Shown in pieces: positions 25,372 to 33,613 of a stretch of 58,828 nt of DNA. The notes beneath the pieces were generated by a model. It ran no database searches. It saw only the letters and a list, made by a program, of their open reading frames with translations, and had not been told where the DNA came from. The stretch covers positions 1 through 58,828 of the forward strand of contig CAZHGQ010000002.1 in assembly GCA_964532205.1 (NCBI GenBank), in the 5' to 3' direction. This stretch comes from an uncultured Candidatus Saccharibacteria bacterium. Its GTDB lineage: Bacteria > Patescibacteriota > Minisyncoccia > Phycocordibacterales > JAKAEA01. Every line of letters starts with the position of its first letter. Position 1 is the first letter of the stretch. The translations under genes and the position numbers were made by a program.

Positions 25372-27742
25372 ATTTTAGCGTTCTTAGAAGTATAAGACTT
25401 GTCACAGTAGTAATGATACTAATTAACCAACCAAGATATACGCTTGGTGGCGTTGTAAAGTCTATTTCAAATGACGATGTAGCATACGTTAACATGTAGC
25501 TTGGGTTGGACAAGAATACTGGTTGACCGTCTGGGCGTTGCCAAGCGGGATGATAACTATTTTGAATGAGTATTGGAACAGGTGTTGTTGTTGTGCTCAA
25601 CTTGATATTGATTTTTTTATCTCGGATTATGGCCGCAGTCACTATAGCTGAATTATATTTTGTATTTGTTACGCTCTGTAATACATCGGGTAATTGTTTG
25701 TTGAGTGGATCAGGTTCGGCGTATTGTACGTGTAAACGCGGAATGATAGTGATGTTGGGTGTCTGGTGAGTAACAGTGAATTCTTGAATTTTTTTAAACA
25801 AACTATTTGTGTCATCAGCCACAAGAATAATACGATGCTGCTGAGCACTTTTTATTATCCTATTGAACGCTTGGTCAATATTTTTGTATTTATACGAGCT
25901 AATAAAACTAGGTGAGCTGAGTAGTTCAGGACTCGAATCAAGCGATTGGTTGTTTGCATATATTAGTGTTGTGGTCGAATTGTTGTGATACAGTAACACT
26001 TCTTGAAGTCGAGACCAGTCATAGTCATCAATCTGCCTACCTTTAAAGCTAAATGGACCATAAAATATGACTGGTTCGGATTGTACAGAATAGGCTCGAG
26101 GTAGATTTGTTGTGGTCCGGTACAATGACCATGGACCAAAACGTTTTTCAAGTTTGATTCGAGCATCATGTTCGATTTGAGCTTTGGCAAACGGTGACCG
26201 TATCAGGAATGTATCAATACCGAGATGTAGAGCGCGATTCACATTAACTGTTGCCGATTGGTTTCTGAACATTAAATCGCTTGTAAGGAAACTGACTGTG
26301 CCCCAAGCGTCATAACTTAACGAAAGAGTGCTTCGGACCGGTTCCAAAAAAATTGCGCTAATCGCTGATTCGCGCAAATTGAATGTGGTTATAGGCACGT
26401 ATTCGCCCAAGATTGAGCCGGTTATATACGCAGACGGTTGTTGACCAATGAAGACTGGTTCAATTTGTAATAGGTTAGATGATGGATTGTTTTTGATATA
26501 AGAAACAATCTCGGCCATTCGGTCTTGATTGTAAGAGTAATAGATGCCGGTTGTGTATTGCCAGCTCCAGCTTCCATGCCACATAAAAATTATTCCTATG
26601 ATCAAAACGAAAAACAGTTTTGAATATTTTTTGAAAAAAAGTGTTTGATGAACAAGTGTGGTGTAAATAAGTCCAACTAGAATTGGGTTGAGGAAGAATA
26701 ACACTGCCAACCACCTGCCGGCATGAGCAACAAGACCGATATTGCCTAAAGTATATTGCAAGAGAGTTATTGGTAATAAAAGTAGGCTGCTCGTAGCAAA
26801 TAACTGTAAAAACTTATTGCCAAATCGGTACCCAATATATGTACCAGCCAAGATAGTAAGACCAAGGATGGGAACGGTTAATAGCAGAGCGGTGAGTTGG
26901 GGTGGTTGAGTTGGCGGATAAGTATTTAGGTAGCTGTAATACATCACAAGAGGTAAACTCCAACATGCTGTAATAGCAATAGCCCACACACCATTAAGGG
27001 AATATATACCGAGCACTTTGCTCGCCACACGAATATTTTTGATTTTTGGTGCAATTGCTAGGCAGCACGAAACAATAAAAAATATAATAGCCGGTAAAAC
27101 CATGTGGGCATTGGAGAGAGCTAAGCCAGCTAACAGTAAAGCTGAAATCAGAAAGTGTCTTTTTGAAAGGTTGATTGAGGGTAAGTAGTATATCCAAAAC
27201 AGAAAAAAGATTGCCGCGATCAGATGGGCATACATACCCGTGTGGATAGTTGAGGAAACAGTTACTCCATAGTCTCCCAGAGTGCGATACGATGTTGAGA
27301 GAATAACCACAGTTACAATTGCACTAAGTGCTGTGGCTGTATTGTCTCGAGTAATTTTTTTTGTAATGCCAATAATAATAAAAGGAATTGATGCTTGAAG
27401 TGTAGTAATAAAAACCTTAAAAATGATGATTGGCTTGATAAAAAAGAAGATGTGGTACAGCACGGCTGTTAGGAAGAAGAAGAGTGGGGGATAGAATTGG
27501 GGAAACGGCATACCGGTAAACCATTGACTGGTCCAGCCCCAAACACTCGGAAATGTGGTTTGTGAGTAGTGTAAAGATGCAGCAAAGTGAGCAGCACCAT
27601 CCCAACTCTGGATAAACGGGCTAGTCCAGAAAATCGTGAATTTTTGCCAACATAAAGCAATGATGCACAAACTTGCCAACAAGCCTGTGGCAGCGGTATT
27701 GGTGAAAATATCAATAAAAATACCTTTTATGTAATTGCGCAT
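25358..27742 (-). CDS. Polytopic membrane protein, paralog B (GT-C-like layout; family unassigned)
   Basis: About 794 aa. Motifs WDGAAHF, FPSVWGWTSQWFTGMPFPQFYPPL, LSNAHM, LGIDTFLIRSP and NSYHPAW are collinear with paralog A, and it has a terminal TM. The start is ATG 27742; the GTG 27757 extension is itself the -10 box. The stop is TGA, and the gene overlaps the NHL gene end by 14 nt. Confidence 0.55.
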   Translation of the reverse strand: MRNYIKGIFIDIFTNTAATGLLASLCIIALCWQKFTIFWTSPFIQSWDGAAHFAASLHYSQTTFPSVWGWTSQWFTGMPFPQFYPPLFFFLTAVLYHIFFFIKPIIIFKVFITTLQASIPFIIIGITKKITRDNTATALSAIVTVVILSTSYRTLGDYGVTVSSTIHTGMYAHLIAAIFFLFWIYYLPSINLSKRHFLISALLLAGLALSNAHMVLPAIIFFIVSCCLAIAPKIKNIRVASKVLGIYSLNGVWAIAITACWSLPLVMYYSYLNTYPPTQPPQLTALLLTVPILGLTILAGTYIGYRFGNKFLQLFATSSLLLLPITLLQYTLGNIGLVAHAGRWLAVLFFLNPILVGLIYTTLVHQTLFFKKYSKLFFVLIIGIIFMWHGSWSWQYTTGIYYSYNQDRMAEIVSYIKNNPSSNLLQIEPVFIGQQPSAYITGSILGEYVPITTFNLRESAISAIFLEPVRSTLSLSYDAWGTVSFLTSDLMFRNQSATVNVNRALHLGIDTFLIRSPFAKAQIEHDARIKLEKRFGPWSLYRTTTNLPRAYSVQSEPVIFYGPFSFKGRQIDDYDWSRLQEVLLYHNNSTTTLIYANNQSLDSSPELLSSPSFISSYKYKNIDQAFNRIIKSAQQHRIILVADDTNSLFKKIQEFTVTHQTPNITIIPRLHVQYAEPDPLNKQLPDVLQSVTNTKYNSAIVTAAIIRDKKINIKLSTTTTPVPILIQNSYHPAWQRPDGQPVFLSNPSYMLTYATSSFEIDFTTPPSVYLGWLISIITTVTSLILLRTLKSTEW

Positions 27743-27748
27743 GGGCCC

Positions 27749-27754
27749 ATTATA
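27749..27754 (-). promoter_or_regulatory. -10 box TATAAT 6 nt upstream of ATG 27742
   Basis: The minus strand reads GTGTATAAT-GGGCCC-ATG. Confidence 0.45.
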
Positions 27755-27841
27755 CACGTTTAGGCCGGTGTATAAAAAAGAGGCATTTTTTTAGGGGTAT
27801 GGTATACTACCCCCTAAGGTTTAATAGATAATTTAAGATAC

Positions 27842-28096
27842 ATGGCAAAATCGAATTCTGCATTTATGAAGCCTATGAACGTAAGCCCGGAACTTGCCGA
27901 GGTTGTTGGCAATGGTCCTATGCCTCGTTCTGAGGTGGTTAAGGCTCTCTGGGTCTACATTAAGAAGAATGGTCTTCAGGATGCGGCAAATAAGCGTAAT
28001 ATTAACGCTGATGACAAGCTCAAGAAGGTCTTCGACGGTAAGTCAACAGTTTCAATGTTCGAAATGACTAAGCTCGTTTCAAAGCATCTCTCTTAA
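27842..28096 (+). CDS. SWIB/MDM2-domain protein (stand-alone, 84 aa)
   Basis: MPRSEVVKALWVYIKKNGLQDAANKRNINADDKLKKVFDGK ... MFEMTKLVSKHL matches the SWIB consensus. Confidence 0.85.
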   Translation: MAKSNSAFMKPMNVSPELAEVVGNGPMPRSEVVKALWVYIKKNGLQDAANKRNINADDKLKKVFDGKSTVSMFEMTKLVSKHLS

Positions 28097-28110
28097 TTCG
28101 AAAATCAAAA

Positions 28111-28135
28111 AGCCGGCGCGTAGCGCCGGCTTTTT
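28111..28135 (+). terminator. Intrinsic terminator
   Basis: AGCCGGCGC-GTA-GCGCCGGCT followed by TTTT. Confidence 0.85.
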
Positions 28136-28191
28136 GTTTGTCTTTATTTTTGATTTGTGTAATATGGCTCTAGTTTAACGAAAGGAGTTCC

Positions 28192-28578
28192 ATGTCTGAG
28201 ACTCTGATTGATCGTCAACAGTCGGCCTCGGAGATGGGGATCGTATGCGAAGGCCTGCTCAAGGTCTTTAACACACTGCCCACTACTCGTCAGGCAACCG
28301 GTCTCTATTTCGACACAGGTGTGCTCAATAAATTTCGCCAGAGTTTGGCGGATTATCTGCAGGATCAAACCGGCGGGCCTGTTTCAATGAATGGGGTTGA
28401 TTTCTATCGGCATGAGTTTGATGCTGAGACGCTGTACATGTGGATCAGAAATATTGTGGGTTGTAGCTGGGAAGCGATCAGCGTCGATCGGAAATGGTCT
28501 GAACGCGATCGGGTATTTGCCCGTGATCTAATCACGGCCACCATCTTCGCTCGTTTCTATGTCAGAGAGAATCGGTAG
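28192..28578 (+). CDS. Hypothetical protein (128 aa), GC-richer, with canonical SD
   Basis: AAAGGAG lies 4 nt before the ATG. The first 60 nt are 52% GC by hand count. The gene is flanked by two strong terminators. I see no recognisable motif. Confidence 0.6.
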   Translation: MSETLIDRQQSASEMGIVCEGLLKVFNTLPTTRQATGLYFDTGVLNKFRQSLADYLQDQTGGPVSMNGVDFYRHEFDAETLYMWIRNIVGCSWEAISVDRKWSERDRVFARDLITATIFARFYVRENR

Positions 28579-28584
28579 TTCTTG

Positions 28585-28617
28585 AAAACCGGGCGTCCTA
28601 CGGACGCCCGGTTTTTT
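28585..28617 (+). terminator. Intrinsic terminator
   Basis: AAAACCGGGCGTCC-TAC-GGACGCCCGGTTTT. Confidence 0.85.
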
Positions 28618-28655
28618 GCTGTAATTTTTACCAAACACCAGCCGTCAGTGAATGT

Positions 28656-29342
28656 ATGCCTAACCTGACACCTGCTGAAGCGATAGAGATACAACATAGG
28701 CTACAAGCTCACATAACTCTTGAGCCACGTTTAACACACATTAACTATATTGCTGGAGCCGACGTTTCCTTAAACAGATTTTCTAACACCGCATACGCTG
28801 GCTTTATTGTTTTGTCATACCCGCAGTTAAAACCGGTGGCACAAGCTTTGGCTGTGGCTGAAATAAATTTCCCATATATTCCAGGACTATTATCCTTTCG
28901 GGAAATTCCTGTATTAAAAAAAGCCTGGGAATCATTACCTCGCCGGCCGGATCTCGTTGTGCTAGACGGACAGGGAATTGCCCATCCGCGCCGGCTCGGT
29001 CTGGCCTCACACTTTGGTTTGGAATTCGATATTCCAACAATTGGCAATGCTAAAAATCTATTGTATGGGACGTTTTCAATACCAGCTATTACTGCAGGTA
29101 GTTCAGCGGCGATTATTGATCCAAAAACAGGTGATGAACTGGGCTTTGCGGTGCGTACTCAGACCAATCGTAAACCGATCATTGTTTCGCCAGGCTACGC
29201 TGTATCCTTTGAACAGGCTAAAGCGATAACGCTTTCGTGCGTGCGTATGTACCGTATTCCCGAACCCACCCGCCTGGCTCACAATTTGGTAAATGACTTC
29301 AGAACGGGTACAATTACAGAAACAGTCAAAATATATGAGTAA
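28656..29342 (+). CDS. nfi: Endonuclease V
   Basis: IAGADVS ... VLDGQGIAHPRRLGLASHFG ... PIIVSPG. Confidence 0.85.
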   Translation: MPNLTPAEAIEIQHRLQAHITLEPRLTHINYIAGADVSLNRFSNTAYAGFIVLSYPQLKPVAQALAVAEINFPYIPGLLSFREIPVLKKAWESLPRRPDLVVLDGQGIAHPRRLGLASHFGLEFDIPTIGNAKNLLYGTFSIPAITAGSSAAIIDPKTGDELGFAVRTQTNRKPIIVSPGYAVSFEQAKAITLSCVRMYRIPEPTRLAHNLVNDFRTGTITETVKIYE

Positions 29343-29838
29343 AGACCTACGTCGCCAATTTTTTATTCTTGGATTCATTCTCCTGATCCCGTTATCGTTT
29401 CTGATTGCTAGTGCATACTGGCGTCAATATCAGAATCAGCAGGTGGCTAAAGTCGAAGCCACGACAGTTAAGAAGTCTGTAGCGCCCACATTGTCCATAA
29501 ACGGTCATGATTTTAGTGTTGAATTTGCTCGGACTGACGCTGAACACGAGCAGGGCTTATCTGATCGTCTTTCAATGCCTGCCGACAGGGCCATGGTTTT
29601 TGTTTTCAAAAAACCAGGTCTACACTCGTTCTGGATGAAAAACATGCACTTTGCACTCGACATTTTCTGGCTCGATGAAAACTACAAGGTTATTTACCAA
29701 CAGCTCAACGCTAGCCCAGAATCATTTCCAAGTATCTATACACCCAAAAAACCAGCTAAGTACGTAGTTGAAGTGGTGGCAGGTACTGCCAAAAAAGCTC
29801 AAATCGGTATCGGTAGTCAGTTTACTTTAAGTCAATAG
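29335..29838 (+). CDS. DUF192-domain exported protein
   Basis: N-terminal TM, then GLSDRLSMPADRAMVFVF ... FWMKNMHFALDIFWLDENYKVI. ATG 29335 overlaps the nfi stop by 8 nt. Confidence 0.7.
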   Translation: MSKDLRRQFFILGFILLIPLSFLIASAYWRQYQNQQVAKVEATTVKKSVAPTLSINGHDFSVEFARTDAEHEQGLSDRLSMPADRAMVFVFKKPGLHSFWMKNMHFALDIFWLDENYKVIYQQLNASPESFPSIYTPKKPAKYVVEVVAGTAKKAQIGIGSQFTLSQ

Positions 29839-29883
29839 CTAAGAAGTGGTATACTGTAACCATTATTGGTAATCACATCTGGC

Positions 29884-30918
29884 ATGAAGAAAACACGTGT
29901 AGCAATTAATGGTGCAGGCAGAATTGGCCGAGCGTTTTATAAAGTCGCTCTCGAACGTAAAGAATTGGAAGTCGTTGCTCTCAACGATCTCACCAGCATT
30001 GAAAATATTGCCTACCTTTTAAAATACGACACTGCTTACAAGGGTAGCGGTTTAGATATTGCTATTTCAGCTGACAAAAAATCTTTGACTATCAACGGCA
30101 ATAACGTTGCGTATCTCAGTGAAAAAGATCCTGCCGCTTTGCCATGGAAAGATTTAGATATCGATGTCGTTGTTGAATCAACCGGCCTCTTCACTTCATA
30201 TGAAAAAGCCCAAGCTCACCTCAATGCTGGTGCTAAGAAAGTTGTGATTACTGCACCGGTTAAAGATGAACCGACAGGTGATATTAAAGGCGCTACAGCC
30301 CTGCTCGGTATCAATGAAGAAACGATTGGTACATGTGACATTACTTCAAATGCTTCATGTACGACTAATGCTGGTAGCCCACTTATCGCAATTCTTAATG
30401 AAACTATTGGTATTGAAAAAGCACTTCTCAACACTGTCCATGCGTACACAGCTAGTCAGAGTATTGTCGATGGTCCCAGCAAAAAAGATTTTCGCGAAGG
30501 CCGGGCCGCAGCCCAGAACATTGTGCCATCTTCAACCGGTGCAGCTATTGCCGTGACAAAAGTTATTCCAGAACTCGTAAATAAATTCGACGGTATTTCA
30601 ATCCGTGTGCCAGTCGTGGTCGGTTCAATTGTCGACATTACCTTTATTGCCAAGCGCGATACGACAAAAGAGGAGGTGAATGAAATTCTAAAGAAGGCCG
30701 CTCAAGAAGCTCGCTGGTCAAAGACATTTACTGTGACAGAAGAACAATTGGTTTCATCTGATATTGTGGGTAGTCATTTTGCCTCGATTGCTGATTTAAA
30801 CTTTACTCGTGTAGTTGGTGGAAATTTGGTGAAGGTACTTGCCTGGTATGACAATGAGATGGGGTATACGCATACATTGGTTGAACACGTAGTCAAGTCT
30901 GGGCTATCTTTAAAATAA
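29884..30918 (+). CDS. gap: Type I glyceraldehyde-3-phosphate dehydrogenase
   Basis: VAINGAGRIGR, SNASCTTNA and WYDNEMGY. Confidence 0.92.
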   Translation: MKKTRVAINGAGRIGRAFYKVALERKELEVVALNDLTSIENIAYLLKYDTAYKGSGLDIAISADKKSLTINGNNVAYLSEKDPAALPWKDLDIDVVVESTGLFTSYEKAQAHLNAGAKKVVITAPVKDEPTGDIKGATALLGINEETIGTCDITSNASCTTNAGSPLIAILNETIGIEKALLNTVHAYTASQSIVDGPSKKDFREGRAAAQNIVPSSTGAAIAVTKVIPELVNKFDGISIRVPVVVGSIVDITFIAKRDTTKEEVNEILKKAAQEARWSKTFTVTEEQLVSSDIVGSHFASIADLNFTRVVGGNLVKVLAWYDNEMGYTHTLVEHVVKSGLSLK

Positions 30919-30936
30919 ATTTATTAATTAAATTTA

Positions 30937-31539
30937 ATGAAAAATAGACAAAGAGGCTCAGTTTGGTTGGTGGTAATTTTGATACTAGTTCTACTAGTTG
31001 GTATCGGATTGTATTTTTATTCAAAAAATAAAACTGAAAATTTGCAACAAGTAGTTTCTTCTGATCAAACAGCAAGTTGGAAAACGTACTCAGATCCAAA
31101 AAACGGTATTGAATTTCAATATCCTTCTGATTGGACTGTAGAAGTACATAATTCTCCAAACCAGGGTGACCCCGATCAAGTATATATTATTTCTAGTAAA
31201 TTAAATCAACAATTGAAACAAAATGCTAATTATAAGGGGCGGCTGTTTTCAATAAACATTAGTATTTATTCACCAGTTTCAGAAATAACAGGTAGTAAAA
31301 ATATCAGTTTTGAGGCTTGGTATAGAGAAGAAAATAAAAATAATCCTAACGAGACGACCATTGTAACAATAGATGGGGTTAAAGGTTATTCAACCGGGTA
31401 TTTGGGAGAAAGTGAAGGTGAAATTACTTATTTGATGAAAGATAATAAATTTTATACTATTGATAAAGATGAGACTATTGCTTCTGATAAAGGCCTTAGG
31501 GAGCAAGTACTTTCAACATTTAAATTTACTTCTCAGTAA
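30937..31539 (+). CDS. Membrane-anchored exported hypothetical protein
   Basis: An N-terminal TM, then the motif TASWKTY-x6-GIEFQYP, which is shared with ORF 40760-41398. Confidence 0.5.
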   Translation: MKNRQRGSVWLVVILILVLLVGIGLYFYSKNKTENLQQVVSSDQTASWKTYSDPKNGIEFQYPSDWTVEVHNSPNQGDPDQVYIISSKLNQQLKQNANYKGRLFSINISIYSPVSEITGSKNISFEAWYREENKNNPNETTIVTIDGVKGYSTGYLGESEGEITYLMKDNKFYTIDKDETIASDKGLREQVLSTFKFTSQ

Positions 31540-32163
31540 TTGAAAATGATATATCCGAATAAGACAGCTCTGATTGAAAAGTTCTCAAACAAAGCCAACG
31601 TCGTCCTCGACGTTGGCTTTTGGGGGCAGGGTAAGAATATCGCTGAAGCCAACGCACCGCACACACTTCTAAAGAATCAAAATGCCAAAGTATACGGCAT
31701 AGATATTGCCACTGAACTCGTTGACGAATTTCATTCAAAACAAAGCGCGGAAAACTTTCATTTTGATTTTCAATTCGATTCAGTTTGGGCACTTGATTTA
31801 ATTGAACACCTCTCAAATCAGGGTTTGTTTTTGGATCAAGTCCATAAGTACGTAAAACTAGGTGGTAAATTTATTATTACCACGCCAAATTGTTTCTGTT
31901 TGTTTAATCTCACCGAAAAACTGACAAAGTATGAACCAACTACGAATATTGAGCACACCTGTTATTACAATCATCGTACACTCCGGCAACTACTTGAACG
32001 ACATGGTTTTAAGGTTGTTGAGGCCTCATATGTATACAGTCTGGAATACACCCACCGCGAGAGTTGGAAGAAAAAAATTTTAAACTCTATCAATAAATTC
32101 TTATCACTCTTCACCGATAAGTACAACGAAACTCTGGTCGTTGTTGCCGAAAGGGTTGGCTAG
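31540..32163 (+). CDS. Class I SAM-dependent methyltransferase (short)
   Basis: VLDVGFWGQG, then LIEHL and LGGKFIITTPN. The start is either TTG 31540 or ATG 31546. Confidence 0.65.
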   Translation: MKMIYPNKTALIEKFSNKANVVLDVGFWGQGKNIAEANAPHTLLKNQNAKVYGIDIATELVDEFHSKQSAENFHFDFQFDSVWALDLIEHLSNQGLFLDQVHKYVKLGGKFIITTPNCFCLFNLTEKLTKYEPTTNIEHTCYYNHRTLRQLLERHGFKVVEASYVYSLEYTHRESWKKKILNSINKFLSLFTDKYNETLVVVAERVG

Positions 32164-32216
32164 ACAAGTATCCATATTTTCGTTAATCTGCCTCTAGGCT
32201 CTACCAAAGGAGGCAT

Positions 32217-32783
32217 ATGCCTAAGCGTATTTCTTCACTTGATGCGTTTATTGACGCCAGTCGACCATACGTTCACCGTTTTGACATGTTTGTGGCGAAG
32301 CATGGCTTAGCTAAAGACATTGTTGCTGACCATATCTGCTACCGTTGTCGTGATTCTGAAGAGTATGACCGGATGCGGTTGCTGCTCGAGGAGCGACCAA
32401 CTCGGTTCTCGTATCAGTCCTGGGTTTCGGGTCGACGCGTTTCAGTCATTGTTTTACGTGAACATCTGATCAACTCAGCGGCCGGGTCGATCGACTACGT
32501 CGAGCTGTGTGATTGCAAGCCGGGGGTAATTCAAGAAAACCATTTTCACCATATTTGGTTTTATAAAGTAGGTACTCGTGATCCACGCCATGTATCGTTG
32601 GCCGAAGATCTGGCTGACCGGTTGAGAATCGGTGGTGAAAATGTGGTGCTTGATGATCGGCCGCACTGCATTACGTATGACGTTATTCAGCCGACAAACG
32701 GCTTTATTTTTCGGTTCGGCTATGCTTCGTTGTTAGACTATGTTCTTGATGAAATTAAGGCTGAAAAAGCCCCCTCACAGTAG
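32217..32783 (+). CDS. YecM-like VOC-superfamily protein
   Basis: 188 aa. ADHICYRCRD, VSGRRVSVIVL and IDYVELC align by eye with E. coli YecM (ADHISLRCH, INGRPICLFKL, SIVELP). AAGGAGG lies 3 nt before the ATG. It is GC-richer than its neighbours. Confidence 0.5.
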   Translation: MPKRISSLDAFIDASRPYVHRFDMFVAKHGLAKDIVADHICYRCRDSEEYDRMRLLLEERPTRFSYQSWVSGRRVSVIVLREHLINSAAGSIDYVELCDCKPGVIQENHFHHIWFYKVGTRDPRHVSLAEDLADRLRIGGENVVLDDRPHCITYDVIQPTNGFIFRFGYASLLDYVLDEIKAEKAPSQ

Positions 32784-32794
32784 GGGGCTTTGTT
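32768..32794 (+). terminator. Intrinsic terminator overlapping the stop codon
   Basis: AGCCCCCT-CACAGT-AGGGGGCT followed by TTGTT. Confidence 0.7.
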
Positions 32795-32820
32795 GTCTTT
32801 AGAAATTCATTAAACAGCGA

Positions 32821-32826
32821 TATAAT
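32821..32826 (+). promoter_or_regulatory. -10 box TATAAT 5 nt upstream of ATG 32832
   Basis: TATAAT-AGACT-ATG. Confidence 0.45.
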
Positions 32827-32831
32827 AGACT

Positions 32832-33164
32832 ATGCTCCAACGCTATAACAAACTCGTTCGAGACAATGTGCCGGCTACTATCCAAAAAACCGGGGCTATG
32901 CCGCATTATAGTGTGGCCGAAAACGACGAAACATTCTTCTTTAAACTGAAGGAAAAATTACAGGAAGAATTTACCGAGTTTGTAAAATCTGAGTCGATAG
33001 AAAGTATGGCTGAAATTTTTGAAATTCTGGAAGCCATTTGCAACGTCAAAGGTTTTGACTTCGGTGAAATACAGGCTATTCGGGAAAATAAAAATATCGG
33101 CGAGGGGACGTATAACGGTCGCATTATTTTGGAGGAAATCGAAGAAATTAAAAAACATATATGA
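32832..33164 (+). CDS. MazG-like nucleoside-triphosphate pyrophosphohydrolase (small all-alpha NTP-PPase)
   Basis: YNKLVRDNVPATI ... LQEEFTEF ... EILEAI. It has an ATGA overlap with rpiB. Confidence 0.6.
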   Translation: MLQRYNKLVRDNVPATIQKTGAMPHYSVAENDETFFFKLKEKLQEEFTEFVKSESIESMAEIFEILEAICNVKGFDFGEIQAIRENKNIGEGTYNGRIILEEIEEIKKHI

Positions 33165-33613
33165 ATCTTTTTATTTCGTCAGATCACGCTGGATTTAAAC
33201 TCAAGCAACGTTTGATTGCGTATTTGGAAGACAATGCGGTGAAGGTCATGGATAAAGGTCCATTTGAATTTAATGAGCATGATGATTATCCAGATTGGAT
33301 CGCTGAAGTGGCTCGCGAAATCTCGGCTGATCCTGAAAATGCTCGAGGTATTGTGATTGGTCTTTCTGGCCAAGGTGAAGCCATGGCAGCTAATAAATTT
33401 AAGAATGTTCGAGCCGGGGTGTATTATGGTGGTCCAGAAGAAATCGTGACACTTTTGCGTCAACACAACAATTGCAATGTCTTGTCGCTTGGTGCTAAGT
33501 TTGTGACACCAGAGCAGGCTGAGAAAATTGTCGATCTCTGGATCGATACTCAATTCTCTGGCGAGGAACGTCATCAGCGTCGAATTGATAAAATGTTAAA
33601 ACTTGAACACTAA
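33161..33613 (+). CDS. rpiB: Ribose-5-phosphate isomerase B, Glu-base (actinobacterial-type) variant
   Basis: ISSDHAGFKLK is present. The active-site loop reads GLSGQGEAMAANK (Ser-Gly-x-Gly-Glu) rather than the Cys-containing CGTGIG loop. Confidence 0.85.
   Translation: MNLFISSDHAGFKLKQRLIAYLEDNAVKVMDKGPFEFNEHDDYPDWIAEVAREISADPENARGIVIGLSGQGEAMAANKFKNVRAGVYYGGPEEIVTLLRQHNNCNVLSLGAKFVTPEQAEKIVDLWIDTQFSGEERHQRRIDKMLKLEH

Noticed and set aside
33162-33164. Possibility of UGA reassignment (as in some CPR lineages).
   Set aside because: TGA terminates recognisable genes at their expected ends (33162-33164, 35196-35198, and 25358-25360 on the minus strand). No conserved gene needs read-through of an in-frame TGA. 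The code is standard.
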